A stretch of 64,000 bases of DNA, from assembly GCA_030770535.1 (NCBI GenBank), contig JASVEC010000013.1, positions 1,054,001 through 1,118,000 of the forward strand, given 5' to 3'. Below the pieces are notes generated by a model. It was not told the DNA's origin. It did no database searches and saw only the letters and a program-made list of their open reading frames with translations. Origin of the DNA: Batkoa obscura. Its lineage: Eukaryota. Shown in pieces: positions 1 to 14,375 of the stretch; the stretch's first letter is position 1, and each line of letters starts with the position of its first letter. Both the position numbers and the translations under genes were made by a program.

Positions 1-892
1 TTCTTTCAGCTAGTATTCCAGATATGTTTTTCATTAAATTTGAAGTCAAAGATCCCTTACCATTTGCTATTGAGAATCAAAGTAAACGTAACAATAAAAT
101 AGATTACAAGACTGTAAGCGAGTTACCATGTGTATATATCAAAGATTATATTGAAGTGAAAGTAAAGATAACAGCTCATATACAAGAAGTCAAATAAGCT
201 TACAAATCAATTAAAGATTATTCAAAACTACCTATCGATGCTTTACTTTTACCTCAGAATGAATTTACAAATTGTTTGGATATGTTAAAAAATTTAATTT
301 AGGATCAAAAGTTGATAAAAGATGAAAGTTATTATACTAGAAAAGAATTAGATGGAAGAACTAATAATTATGAGCTTAATTTTAAACGATATCTTAAAGT
401 ATTGATCCAAAATGTTACTATTATCCTATATTATCCATGTATTATCATTTATCCACAACCTATTCACTTTAAAAAGTCAAAATTAAAGCTACCATTTTAT
501 TATTCTAATCAGATTATTACCTATTATTTAAATATTGGCTTAGATAAAAAATTAAAATCAAAAAAGTTACTAGAATACGACAATTTGATTCTAAACTTCC
601 ATTTCAATCCAATATTAGTATCCCTTTTTATTATCAAATGTGTTATCCTTTTTTCGCACTTACTAATTTATTACATCATACTTCCAATTTATGCAAGGAG
701 GATAGCCTGTTATTTAATGAATCCAAAATTAAATGTGTATCATTATTTCAAGAGCTTTATAGCGTATTGAAATTCAATGACAAACGACATGCTAAAGATC
801 CCAACAATGCTTTAAATCAAATCAAATACTCTATTCATCGATCTCAGTTCCCTTCAGATTTAATAGAAGAGATAGCTATATATTTAAATTAA
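1..892 (+). pseudogene. Fungal TF-MHR family copy A, 3' part, disrupted
   Basis: Collinear with the C-terminal half of 2525-3931 (KRYLKVLIQ..LYYP..IYPQP; NALNQI..IHR.Q..IEEIAIYLN). In-frame stops near 196 and 300, and a frameshift splits ORFs 312-770 and 638-892. The 5' part is outside the window. Confidence 0.85.
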
Positions 893-2181
893 TTTTACTA
901 GTTTTATTACAACAAATTTGAATCTAATATTAATTTTTATCTTTTTATTTATTTATTTATTATTATCTACTAAAATGATATATATTTATTTATATAATTT
1001 TATATTGAACTATATAAAACAACGCCTGTTTTACTACATTATATTTCATTAAATATTAGCTATTTTTGTAATGAGTTTTGAAGAAAAGAATGATTTTATA
1101 AAAAGAGAGTAGCAATAGTAAAAAGAAAATGTAATGAGGTAACAGACATCCGGTTTTTTTGAATAGACAAGGTCTAAAACTTATACTATTAATATTAATA
1201 ATTTATCCATTTTTAAACAACTTAAACTTTTAAAAAAATACAAATAGATTAATATAAAAAATGAATAAAAGAAGAGATATTATATCAATCTTGGGGTTAG
1301 TTTTAAAAAGAACTGATTATTTACTTTGTTCTAATGCAGCTCTATATCACTTTGAAACATTCAAATTTACCAACATCCCAAAGGTATATATTATTTTTAT
1401 AGAAAGTAAAATAAGCTTTAGTATTGTACTCCCAAAAACGTTAGAGCATACTTCAATCTAACTAAGTCGGACTATCTTTTAAACAGAGGCGTTGTACATA
1501 GTGATTTTCTTCAATGACATTTAGAAAAAATGCGAGCTTTTCGATTCTCTTTGACATCTACTTGAAGATTTTAATTTTTACCACATGCATTTACGAAAAA
1601 AGCAAATTAACTAAAATGTAATAAAACTTAAGCAAATAAAAATGATAAATGTAATAAAAGGTTTTTAGAAAATATTATATTTAATCTTTTTATGTTTTCA
1701 TTGTTTTGATACTTGAAAACAAGTTGCAAAAGATCATTACTAGTCTTTTTCATGAAGCTTGGACTCTGATGGACAAATATTTCACTAAAGTCAAAAAAGT
1801 TATCCGATAAGGTAATTATTTAACAAAGTATATTATTATTTAAGCAGCGAAGAGCTCAATCAAGGCTTTTATGTCTTTATTAAACCAGTAAGTCCTTTAC
1901 TATATTAATATTAATCTCCTTTCTAAATTAGAATTTAACAAAAATGCCCTTTTTTGGCTCAGTGATTTGGTCACTTTAATTTGCATAAAAACGGAAAAAT
2001 TGTTAACGAATACTGAAACAAAAGAATGCATTTTAGCATTTTCTACTTTTTTATGCTTAGTTACACTGAAGTTTTGTTATCATTAAAATGCATTTCTGCA
2101 CCTTATTTTCCATGTATACTCAAAATAAGTTACAATGTAATAGCACTATATAAAGCTAAAGGGAAAACAAGAAATCTAATT

Positions 2182-3931
2182 ATGAAGTTAAACTCAAAAA
2201 TGAGAATAAGGAGTAGAGTGGGTTTATTAAAATCGAAACTAGATGATATTGATTGTACATTAAATAAGATACTTCAACAATTAGATACTTATTCGAATTT
2301 AGAACTTAAACAAAGAATAAATAGTAATTAATTTATTACCTTCATAATGTTTAATTTAATTTAATTTAATTTAATTTTTAGACTATTTAAAATGGCTTGA
2401 AAAGGAATTCACAATAATATATCGAGAGAAGAGATATAGTAATAGGGAAATCCAAAAAAAGATTACCCAACTTGAGATTATATTACAGAGAAATCATAAT
2501 CTTGATGCTTTTTCAAAGATTTCAATGACTAAGATAGCATTGGGAAATAGTAATATAATGGAAATATATCAATCTTATGGTCAATTTTTAGAACAGGGTT
2601 CTATTTTTTTCTTGGATGTTGTAGATCCATATAATTTATGGTTTAATGAGCTCGCTTTAAGGGAAATATTAATAAACAAAGAGCCCAACATATTATCTTA
2701 TACCTTAATGGCACTGCTTGCTCGCTTTACTCTTTCACATAGGGGTATAGCTTATAAACAAATATATGGGAAATCTTTACAAGGAGTAAAGGCAACCCTA
2801 CATCAATGTTATTCGGACCCAAGCTACAATCATGTAGTAGCTTTAGGATTATTATGTTATATCAGTTTATCACATTATAATTTTAATCTTGCTAAACAAT
2901 ATCTTTTGGATGCTGTAAGAATGGCTCAATGCTTAGGTTACGATATTGATAGTTTTTCATTTCATATAATAAATGTTAATTATACAAGATATGATGAATT
3001 AGTACGAGGTAGAAGAGTTTGGAAAGTTTTATATCTTTTCTATTTAGTTCTTTCCTCTCGAATTCCAAATATGCCAATTATTAAATTTGAAGTTAAGGAT
3101 ATCTTACAATTTTTTAAAAAAAATCAAAAAAATAATAATAATAGTAGAAAAATAAGTCACAAGGCCATCAGTGAGGTTTCATATTTATATATCAAAGACT
3201 TTATTGAAATATATATAAAGATATCAATTCACATGCAACAAATAAAAGAAACTTATAAATCAGTTAAAGATTATTCAAAGATACCCACTAATGCTTTGGT
3301 TTTACCTCAAAAAGAATTTATAAATTGCCTAACTATAATGTATAACTTAATTCAAGATCAAAACTTAATAAAAGATGAATGTGAATATAATAGACAAGAA
3401 TTAGTTGAAAAAATCAATGATTACGAGTTTAATTCTAGAAGATATCTTAAATTAATGATTCATTATACTAATATAGTACTTTATTACCCATCAGTTATGA
3501 TTTATCCACAACCTGTTTTATTTGGGAGAAGAGAACTAAAATTACTATTTCATCATGCTAATCAGGTAATTATTTATTGCTTAAACATTAGCTTAGATAA
3601 CAAGATGAGTTACAAGGATTCCATTAAAATGCATAAATTTCAAGCTAACATTCATATACCTTTTTACTATAAGCTTTGTTTTTGTTTTTTTGTGTTTGTT
3701 AATCTGCTACATCATGCTTCAAGTTTGTGTAAGGAGGATATGTGGATGATTGATGAATCAAAAATAAAATGTATATTATTAGTTAACGAACTTATTACGG
3801 TATCGAAATCTAGAGATAAAAGATATGTAAATGATGCTACTAATGCATTAAATCAGATTAGATGTTGTATTCATCGATTTCAGTTGTCTAAAGAGTTTAT
3901 AGATGAGATAATAGTATATCTTAATCAATAA
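2182..3931 (+). CDS. Fungal transcription factor MHR-domain (Fungal_trans-like) protein, copy B; exons 2182-2323 and 2382-3931, ~563 aa
   Basis: Phase-1 GT-AG intron 2324-2381 joins MKLNSKMRIRSRV..KQRIN in frame to NYLKW.. and on into ORF 2525-3931. Motif ALGLLCY..AKQYLLDAVRMAQCLGYD..ELVRGRRVWKVLY matches the Fungal_trans core. TATATAAAG lies ~30 nt upstream. Confidence 0.8.
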
Positions 3932-4028
3932 TTTTGAGAATTTTAAATAAATCAACTTTTTTCTTGACTATGTTTATATTTTCATTATACATTTAAAATT
4001 TATTAATATCTTTTTAAAAAGTAGATAT

Positions 4029-4126
4029 GGGGATGTATTTTTATGTTTAAGAATTCACTAACAATCTTTCCACTCAAACAACGCTTAAAAGATGGAAAAA
4101 GTAATGAAACCAAAAAAAACATACTC
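4029..4126 (-). mobile_element. ~98-bp MITE copy 1
   Basis: GGGGATGTATTTT...AAAAAAACATACTC flanked by ATAT/ATAT. Confidence 0.9.
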
Positions 4127-4924
4127 ATATGGGGGTTGAAAATTCTATAATTTACAAAATAAAATATTTAAGAATGAGTTGATAAAGCAATTAAGCAATA
4201 CTAATTGTAATAGATTAAATAATAGATAACTCAATCTACTTATTAATATCTTTAATATAGTTCTTGGACTTTATAAATTAAAAAACATTAATCTAATTAG
4301 TTAATTCCAGTTTTTGATACACTTAAAAGTGTTAGAACTAAATCGCTTTCATTAAGTTTAATGATAATTCTAAAATGTAGTTACATATTGTTCTAAACTT
4401 TATTGAGTTTATCTTTGTTTTGGGGTATTTCGAAGGTTTATATAACATAGCTATATAATTTGAGTTCGTATTGATTTATAGTCACTATAAACCAATAAGA
4501 GATATGAGAGCAATAATATCGATGTTCCCTAGAACCGACTTTCTAGATACTAACGATTATAATGATTATATAATTTTAGTTTAAAAGGTTAAATGCTAAA
4601 TCAAAACTATTTTCAACTATTTTTAAATAATTATTAGGATAGTTACATTTCAGATGTAACAAAGCTCTATAAGATTATAGGGATATACTTTTTCAATTCA
4701 TTATTTGTCCACTTTGTGTGGCATAAATTCTAAAAAATTAACAATTATATAATGAAACAGAAAAATACAATTTGGGATTTTTATCCTTTTTATACTTGAA
4801 GTTATTGAGATTTATTTTCATTAATATGTATTTTCAAACCTTTGTTTATTATGTTATTTTCAAACCAATTTTAATGTAACTACAAAAGATATAAAGTTAA
4901 AAGGAAAGGAAAAAAGTTAAATAT

Positions 4925-5021
4925 GGGGGTGTTTTTTGGCTTCACTATTTTTTCCATCTTTTAAGCGCTATTTGAATAGAAAAATTGTTAGTAAGATTCT
5001 TAAACATAAAAATACATCCCC
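4925..5021 (+). mobile_element. ~98-bp MITE copy 2, at the start-codon region of TF pseudogene E
   Basis: GGGGGTGTTTTTT...AATACATCCCC, TSD ATAT/ATAT. Confidence 0.92.
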
Positions 5022-5041
5022 ATATGGAGTTAAAGTTAAAT

Positions 5042-7278
5042 ATGAAGTTGAAATCAAAAATATGAATAATGAGTAAAGTAGATTTAGTAAAATTGAAGCC
5101 AGATGATATTGACGATATTAATTATACATTAAATAAGATATTTTAACAATTAGATTCTCATTCAAATTTAGAATTTAAACAAAAAGTAAATAGTGATTAT
5201 TTTGTTATTCTATTATTTTATTAATGTTTAATTGATTTTTAATATTTAAAATGGTCTGTAAAAGAGTTTAAAATAATACATCAAGAGAAGAAGTATAACA
5301 ATAATGGAATCTAAAGAAGAGTTACTCAGCCTGAGACTGTATTACAGAGGAACTATGACTTTGATACTGTTTTATTACTCTTAATGACCAATATAGCATT
5401 GAGAATAGTAATATGATGAGAATGAATCAGCCCTATGGTCAATTTTTAGAACAAGGTTACATACTTTTCTTTAGTCTTTGACCTCTGTAAATCATGATTA
5501 AATGGATCTGAATTAAGGACAATTTTAACGAATAAAAAACACAATATATTATCTTATACATCAATTACTCTTCTTGCTCATTTCACTCTTCCACATAATA
5601 GTATAGCTTATAAACAAATTTATAGAAATACTTTGTAAGCAATAAAAGCAGTTTTACCTCAATCTTACTCCGATCTGTGCTATAACTATGTGGTAACTTT
5701 AGGCTTATCATCTTATTGTCTTACTGTGAAATATTGCTTCATTTAGCTCTCGGATTGATTATAACACAACAATCACTCAAGTTGTTGTGTTCTCAAGTTC
5801 AAACACAATCAAACCAGAGTCCCTTATTTTGATTTGCTGCGAGAATTTCCAACTTCATATTGCAAGGAATAACATCCTCTCGTTTTAATATCCATATTTA
5901 TTGGAGTATAAAAGAGATTCTTCAACATGATAACTCGAGGCTTTTTAACTGAATTACTCCCTGATATCGTACCATTAATAAAGCCACTAAGTCTTTCTGA
6001 CAATATCTTACGTAGATTTTACAGTAGTATTGTCTATTCTATTTGTTTTACATAGTTCGTAACTTATTACGTATTATTTCTACTCATTTAAGTCTATATT
6101 AGTTATATAAACTAAGACCTTTCGACTCAAGGCAAGTTAATCAAGCAAGAACTGTTTTTAACTCCTACCACTGAGTACCAACTTTCACACTTACATTAGT
6201 TTATCCCACTTCAATTACAATCTTGCTAAACGCTATTCTTTGGATACTGTAAGTATGGCTCAATATTTAGGATATGATACTAACAATGCTTCTTTTGATA
6301 ACATAGATATCCCGTATACTAGATGTGATAAATTATCTCGATGCAAAAAGGTTTGGAAAACCCTTTACATTGTACATATTTCTCTCATCTTGTGTTCTAG
6401 ATATGCCTTTTATTAAATTTGAAATCAAGGATCCTTTATAAATTTTAATAGAAAGCCAAAACAAACACAATATTAACAAGAAAACAATCTAGAGGTTAAT
6501 AAGCAACTACCCACATTCGAATACTAAAACTTTTACCAATATAAGTATAAAAATTGAAAGACATGTGGAAAAATTAATAGGAACTTACGAAGCATATAGC
6601 GACTATCTTAAGGTGTAAATCAATGATTTAATTTTACTTCAAAGCAAAGTTAACAGTTGTTTAACTACTTTAATAAATATAATCAAAAATCGAAAGTTGA
6701 CAAGAGATGAATGTGATTACAGTAAGAAAGAATTAAAAGAGAAAGTAGACGATCATGAGTCCATTTTTAAAAGGTACCTTAAAGTAGCAATTCAACATTG
6801 TATTATAATCCTATATTATCTGTCAGCTATGATTTACCTACAGCCTGTTCAATTTACTGAGCCAATATTAAGGTTGCTGTTTTATTACGCTGACCAAGTT
6901 ATTACTTACTGTTTAAATATTAACTTAGATAATGAGCTAGGTTCTGAGGTTTCCTTTAGATTGAAAAATATCGGTCCTGGTTATAATTCCTAAATTAATT
7001 CAATTTGCCTTTTTATTATTAAGTGTGCTATTCCTTTTTTGTCCTTGCTAATTTATTATATCAAGTATCAGTTTTACAATTAGGACATATATCGATGACT
7101 AATGAATCAAAAACAAAGTGTTTATTATTACTCAAAGAGCTTGATAAAGTATATAAATTTAACAATAAAAAATTGTGTTAACGATACTACTAATGCTTTA
7201 AACCAGGTCAAACGTTATGTTCATCGATTTCAATTACCATCAGGTTTGATAGAAGAGATAATAATATAACTTAATTAG
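5042..7278 (+). pseudogene. Fungal TF-MHR family copy E, disrupted by stops, frameshifts and a solo LTR
   Basis: Collinear with copy B from ATGAAGTTG through IEEII*LN. Several in-frame stops. The LTR is inserted in the LLSY|ISLSH coding segment. Confidence 0.88.
5725..6189 (+). mobile_element. Solo LTR (465 bp) of the Ty3/Gypsy family seen at 58826
   Basis: Ends TGTGAAA...TTTCACA, with perfect 5-bp TSD CTTAC at 5720-5724 and 6190-6194. Collinear with 58826-59293. Confidence 0.95.
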
Positions 7279-8542
7279 TTGTATCGATATTATTAAATAG
7301 ATTTAAGATGGATACAATTAAGCAGTCTCTATCTTCAAAAAAACAATCAAAGCTATATTGTAGCACTTTTTTTGTAAACATACCAAGCTTAATAAAAGCA
7401 AGGCAGTAATTTATTTTGGTAAAATTTCATATTAAAAAAGTTTAAAGTGTAACTAAATCTATAAGTACCAGGAGGGGAAAAAAGGTAATATAGCCAACTT
7501 AAGGCAGTTTTAGAACTAAAGATAATAGTAAAAGCATGTTTTGATTCCCGAAAGGCTAAAGCTTTCCATTAAAGGACTAAAGTAAACACAGGGGATGGGA
7601 AGTCTATTATCATAAAGTTGATATTATAAAAGATTCTATGAAGAATCCAGATTGAAGGGGCAGTTAATAAGGAAAAGAAGAATTTGGAGACTTCAGATAA
7701 TAAATTAGGAATAAAGCTAAAAAATAAGTTCCAATTACCAGGGCTCGAGAAGGCTAATTTAAAGTATGGGTTGGAAGTAAACTAATAAGATTTATTATAT
7801 TTGCAATCCAAAGATCTGTGAGAGGCAAAGTCATATCTACCCTGACAATCAAATAGGCAGGAATTACCAACAAAAGGTTTAGGGTGGCAAGCTTGAGCCA
7901 TTGCAGTGTACCCATTTGATTTGACATTTATATCAATAACTTTTATCTACAATTTAAATTTTAATACATAGATGTGGGTTCAGTTGCATAATGCAATATC
8001 AGGCAGTAGAAAACAATGTCTATTGAGAAAAAAAGCATCAAATAAACAAAGTTCCATAAATTTATTAATGGGAAAAGGAACTGAACTGTTAATTTGTGTA
8101 GAAATTACCAGTCAATACTAATTTTCATGTTTAAGTATGAGGCTTTTATTTATAAAAAATATGACTAAAGGTCTTAGGCCATTGAAGGTTTTAGGTGTAA
8201 CAAAAGGGGGGGTAAGCAGCTTTGTGTCATATTACAAAGTTTTTTGATATAAATCTTCCCGTTTTTTATTATCATCATTATATTAAACAAAGAAATAAAT
8301 GAATATTTAATTTTTTAGTTCATAACTAGAGGAATCAATACAATAAACTAATTTCAAAATGAAACCAAATTGATTATCAAAAAAAATTTGATTCAATTCC
8401 AAAAAAAATTATAAATTTCTCACAATCACAACCTCAATTTTAAATATTAAATACCCCGTCTCTATCAAAAAGAATTACTTAATTCAAAACCCTTTTCAGC
8501 TTTATTCATTCTGATTTTTTTAAATTCTTTTTTCTCTTTTAA

Positions 8543-10290
8543 ATGATAAAACTTCAATTTAAACCAAATCCTTATAACAAAGATGATCTAATCAAAGAAT
8601 TAATACCATATCAAAAAAAACGAAGTCGAAGTCGAGTAGATATATTAAATAAAAAAATAATGGAATTAGAAGCTATAATTGAAAGTAATTTTAAAGATTT
8701 GAAAAGAATGAGTTGTAATAAAGTATTAATTGGTAAGTTTAATATAATTAAATAAATAAGATATATTAAAATCAATTTTATTTTTTATTAATAATAGATT
8801 ACATCTCTTGGTTAAAACTAGAATTATCTGACCTTCATTCAATTGAAGATAATAAACTTCAATTATTAACTCAAAAATCTCAATTTTATACAAATCTTTT
8901 TTCCGCTTATTTAACTAATTCAAATAGCCCTAGTTTAACTTATTATGAAAACACTTGTTCTAGTAATTACGGTAAATTTCTTCAAAATGGTAGTCAATTC
9001 TTCTTTACACTCATTGATCCCTATGAATTATGGTTTCAACCTAATGATAATCCTTTATTTCTTACTACTCAACAGTCCAATCTCTTATCCTATGTTTACT
9101 TAGCTGTAATAGCTCGCTTTACTCTTACTCATGGTACTAGTGCTCATACTCAAATCTATGGTCAAAGTTTAAAACAAATAAGAATATTATTATCTAAAGC
9201 TTATGATACTCCAAGTTATGATACAATAGTTAGTTTAAATTTATTATCTTTTTTAAGTTTAAGTCATTATAATTTCATTTTAGCAAAGAGATATTTATTA
9301 TCAAGTATTCGAATGGCACAATGTTTAAAATTTGATATGAGTGAACAAGAATTTGGGGAATTGAGTGAATCGGAGATTCATTATGAAGAAATTAAAAGAG
9401 GTAGAAGATTATGGATCACTTTATATTTAAGTTATTTAATTGTATCTTCAACTGTTAAAGAAATGCCAACTATTAAATTTAATACTAATGATCCATATCA
9501 ATTTTTTAAAATAAATCAAAAAATTCAAAAGGATGATGAAAAGGGTGAATTATGTATTAAAGAATTAAATGAAATTCATATTAAATTACAAGCTAAGATT
9601 GAAAAAGTAAAACAAAATAATCAATTTAATGAAAGTGATAAAATTGATAATCAAGAATTAAGATTGAGTAATAAAGAATTAGAATATTGTTTATTAAAAT
9701 TAAATAAGTTGAAAAGAAAGTATAAAATTCAAGAGAATAACAAAGAAGAAGAAGAAGAAGAGAATATTGAATTTAATATTTATATGAATATATCAATTGA
9801 ATTAACTACTATTACATTATATTATCCAAGCTTATTAATCATCCCACAACCTGTTTTATTTTCAATAAAAGAATTTGAATTATTATATGAATTATCAAAT
9901 CAAGCAGTTTATTATTTTTTAAATCGAAAGCAATATAATAAAACTAAACAACAGTTTGTAACTCAAAATGATAAAAAAGAAAGTAATAAACAATTAAATT
10001 TAAAATATCAAATTCATTTCCATTTACCTTATTATCATCAACTAATTTATTCTTTCTTTGTATTTATTAATATTCTTCATTTTGATAAATTGAATGTTAA
10101 TATTAATATTAATAAATTAATTGTTCAACATAGTAAATTACAAGCAATAGTAGTATACAACGAGTTAATTAAGATTACAAAAAATGAAAGTAAAAATGAA
10201 AAAATAGACGCTGAAAAAGGATTAGAAAGGATTAAAAAATACTTGGATTTGTTTTGTTTAGATAATAAATTTAAACAGAAGTTTTATTAA
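8543..10290 (+). CDS. Fungal TF-MHR family copy C; exons 8543-8732 and 8798-10290, ~560 aa
   Basis: Phase-1 intron 8733-8797 (GTAAGT..TAG) at the same position as in copy B. Exon 2 is open from DYISWL through YGKFLQNG..IDPYELW..AKRYLLSSIRMAQCL..EEIKRGRRLWITLY. Confidence 0.82.
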
Positions 10291-10369
10291 TTGTATTGAA
10301 AGGAGAAAATAAACAATTTATTTTTATTTTTAAATATTTAACATTTTTATTTTTATTTTTTATTAGTAA

Positions 10370-10471
<102 letters not shown>

Positions 10472-10567
10472 GATTCATTTCCTGAGAATAAAAAAATAAA
10501 TTTGTAACTATTGATTTTTTACAGGGATAAAAATTGTAATCAGCATAAAAATTCTAACAAGCATTGA

Positions 10568-10580
10568 TGATGAGTCATCA
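10568..10580. promoter_or_regulatory. Gcn4/CpcA (AP-1 type) binding site upstream of CPA2
   Basis: TGATGAGTCATCA contains the optimal ATGA(C/G)TCAT site and lies ~235 bp upstream of the ATG of an arginine-biosynthesis gene. Confidence 0.65.
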
Positions 10581-10814
10581 ATATTAATTTTGAAATAATC
10601 AACCATTAAAGATAAGAGATTAATTTATGTTAATAATTTGAACATGAATAAGTCCAACTCATAATTAATAAATTAGAATAATCACTAACATCATTAAAAC
10701 ATCACCCTTTTTATTTTATTGCATAATTAAAATATTCAATATAAATAGTCACTCCAATTGATTTTTATGAAATTATCATTTTAAACTTAATTAAAATAAC
10801 TAAATTTTCAAACA

Positions 10815-13800
10815 ATGAAATTCTCTAATAATACCACTTTATTACGACCGCTAATTCAATCTAGTATTCGTCAATCGACTCTATTAACTTGTCATTCTAA
10901 ACCCAAATTAACTTCATTACTTACTACTACTTTATTAAAACCAACATGTTCTATCTCCTCCCACTGTTATTCCACTTTAAAAGAAGTTGAATTTGCACCT
11001 TCAAATACTTCCACTTTAAAGAAATATAATAAAGTAATGGTAATAGGCTCGGGTGGTTTATCTATTGGACAAGCAGGTGAATTTGATTATTCAGGTAATT
11101 ATTGTTTATTTATTTATTTATTTATATTTATTTATTTATATTTATTTATTTATTTATTTATTATTAATTAATAGAAATATATAAACTAATACTCTTTCTT
11201 TCTTTTTTTCATAGGTTCACAAGCCATTAAAGCATTAAAAGAAAGTAACGTATATACTATACTTATTAATCCAAATATAGCTACCATTCAAACTAGTGAA
11301 AATCTAGCTGATGAAGTTTATTTTACACCAATAACTTTAGAACATGTCAGTAAACTTATTGAATCTACAAAACCAGATGGCATATTATTAACTTTTGGTG
11401 GTCAAACTGCTTTAAATTGTGGTATTCAATTAGATCAAAGTGGAATATTAAATAAGTATAATGTTGAGGTATTAGGTACTCCAATAAATACTTTAATTTG
11501 TAGTGAAGATCGAGAATTATTTGTTAAAGCATTAAATGAAATTGATATACCAGTAGCACAATCTACTGCAGTAGAGACAGTTGAAGATGCTTTAAAAGCA
11601 GCCTCTGAAATAGGTTATCCAATTATTATACGATCAGCTTATGCACTAGGTGGTTTAGGATCTGGATTTGCTAATAATGAATCGGAATTAAAAACATTAG
11701 CTACTCAATCTTTAGCATTAAGCTCTCAAATATTAGTTGAAAAAAGTATGAAAGGATGGAAAGAAATTGAATATGAAGTTGTAAGAGATAAAGATGATAA
11801 TTGTATTACTATTTGTAATATGGAAAATTTTGATCCATTAGGTATACATACGGGAGATTCTATAGTAGTAGCACCCTCTCAAACACTTTCGGATGAAGAA
11901 TATCATATGTTACGTACAGCTGCTATTAAAATTGTTCGTCATGTTGGGGTCGTGGGTGAATGTAATGTACAATATGCACTTAATCCAGAATCATTAGAAT
12001 TTAAAGTCATTGAAATGAATGCACGATTATCTAGATCTTCAGCATTAGCTTCTAAAGCCACAGGTTATCCTTTAGCTTTTGTAGCAGCTAAATTAGCATT
12101 AGGATATACATTACCTAAGTTAAAAAATTCAGTAACAAAAGAAACAACCGCTTGTTTTGAACCTTCATTAGATTATATTGTTACTAAAATACCAAGATGG
12201 GATTTAAATAAATTTCAAGGAGTTAATAAACAAATTGGTAGTAGCATGAAATCAGTTGGAGAAGTGATGGCTATTGGTCGAAATTTTGAAGAAAGTTTAC
12301 AGAAAGCTATCAGAATGGTAGATCCAAGTTATCCTGGATTTCAACCTATTAATTTACCAGATGGTCAAAATAAACAGAAATTAGAAGAACAATTAAAGAA
12401 TCCAGATGATAAAAGAATCTTTTATTTAGCAATTGCAATGATGAACTATAATTATACAGTAAATGAATTACATGAGTTAACTAAAATCGATAAATGGTTT
12501 TTATATAAATTAAATAATATTTATAAACATTCAAAGTTATTAAATGAAACTTCATTCAATTCATTAACTCCTGAATTATTATTAAAATCGAAACAATTAG
12601 GCTTTTCTGATTTTCAATTAAGTCAAACTTTATTAGATAAACATCAATTATCAGAAGAGATTATTAGAAATAAAAGATTAAAATATAATTTATTACCAAA
12701 AGTAAAAAGAATTGACACTTTAGCTGGTGAATATCCAACAAATACAAATTATCTTTACACAACATATAATGCTGATGAAAGTGATATTATATTTGATAAG
12801 AATCCTCAAAATACAACTTTAGTTCTAGGATCTGGAGTTTATCGTATTGGGTCTTCAGTTGAATTTGATTGGAGTGCAGTGAGTTGTATTAATAGTTTAA
12901 AATCATTAAATCATTCAACTATTATGTTAAATTATAATCCAGAAACAGTTAGTACTGATTTTGATCAATGTGATAAATTATATTTTGAAGAATTAAGTTT
13001 AGAATCTGTTTTAAATATTTATTATTTAGAACATTGTAATGGAGTAGTTGTTTCTATGGGTGGTCAATTACCTCAAAATATTGCTTTAAAATTAAAACAA
13101 AATCAATGTAATGTATTAGGTACTGATCCAGAAGATATTGATTCTGCAGAGAATAGATGCAAATTTTCTAATTTATTAGATGAAATTGATATTGATCAAC
13201 CAAAATGGCAAGCCTTAACCACGGCTCATGAAGCTAAACAATTTGCTAATAAAGTTCATTATCCTGTATTAGTAAGACCAAGTTATGTACTCTCAGGAGC
13301 AGCTATGAATATTGCCTATAATTCTAAAGAATTAGATTATTATTTATCATTAGCAACAGCCGTTTCACCCGAATATCCAGTAGTTATTACAAAATTTGAA
13401 TTAAATTCGGAAGAAATTGATATTGATGGAGTAGCTCAAAATGGAGAGTTAATGTATCATGCTATCTCTAATCATATTGAACCAGCTGGTGTTCATTCTG
13501 GAGATGCTAGTTTAATTTTACCAAGTTATAATTTATCAAATGAATCTAAACAAAAATTAAAATTGATATGTCAAAAATTGAGTCATAAATTTCAAATTTC
13601 TGGTCCATTTAATTTACAAATTATACGTCAATTAGATGAAAATAATAACGAAAGTTTTAAAGTAATTGAATTAAATTTACGTGCATCTAGATCAGTACCT
13701 TTTGTTTCTAAAGTTTTAGGGGTGAATTTTATTGAAAAAGCAACTCAAGCTTTCTTTAATTTATTAAAGTCACTTACTCCAAAACAAGAATTAAGTTTAT

Positions 13801-14375
13801 TAAAAAAAGATTATTTTGGTGTCAAAGTACCACAATTTTCTTGGACTCGATTAATTGGTGCTAATCCTAAATTAGGTGTTGAAATGGGTTCTACAGGAGA
13901 AGTAGCTGCTTTTGGTCAAGATCCGTATATGGCTTATTTATTAGCCTTACAATGTTTAAATAATTTCAAATTACCAAAAGAAAATGTATTTATTAGTTTA
14001 AATGAAATGAAGGAATGTAAAGAAGAAGATTTAAAATTGATTATTAATAGTTTTGTTAATAATAATTTAAAGTTATTTACTTTAAATAAGGAATTAAGTG
14101 ACCAATTTAAAGAGATTAAGTTATTAGAAGATGAAAAAGATGAAAAAGATGAAAAAGATTTAAAAATTATATTAAATCCAATGGATTTAATATGTAATTT
14201 AAATTCAAAAGTAGATTTAAATAATATACCTAGATTAGCAGTAGATTTAAATATACCTTTATTAAATCATCCCTCATTAGTCTTGTTTTTTGCTAAAGCT
14301 ATTACTAAATATCCAGTTAAAAAACATTTAGAATTATTAACTTTAAAACCATGGTCTTATTATTTGAAACAATAA
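10815..14375 (+). CDS. CPA2: Carbamoyl-phosphate synthase large subunit (arginine-specific type) with a mitochondrial-like presequence; exons 10815-11094 and 11215-14375, ~1146 aa
   Basis: KVMVIGSGGLSIGQAGEFDYSG|SQAIKALKE, MENFDPLGIHTGDSIVVAP, EMNARLSRSSALASKATGYP, VLGSGVYRIGSSVEFDW, GVEMGSTGEVA. No fused glutaminase/DHO/ATC domains, so it is not URA2. The N-terminus is Ser/Thr/Arg/Leu-rich and lacks acidic residues. Confidence 0.93.

Noticed and set aside
2026..2181. Upstream in-frame extension of copy B with two Cys as a remnant zinc cluster
   Set aside because: Cys spacing does not match CxxC-x6-C, the segment spans the conserved TATA-like box, and paralogs conserve the ATG at 2182
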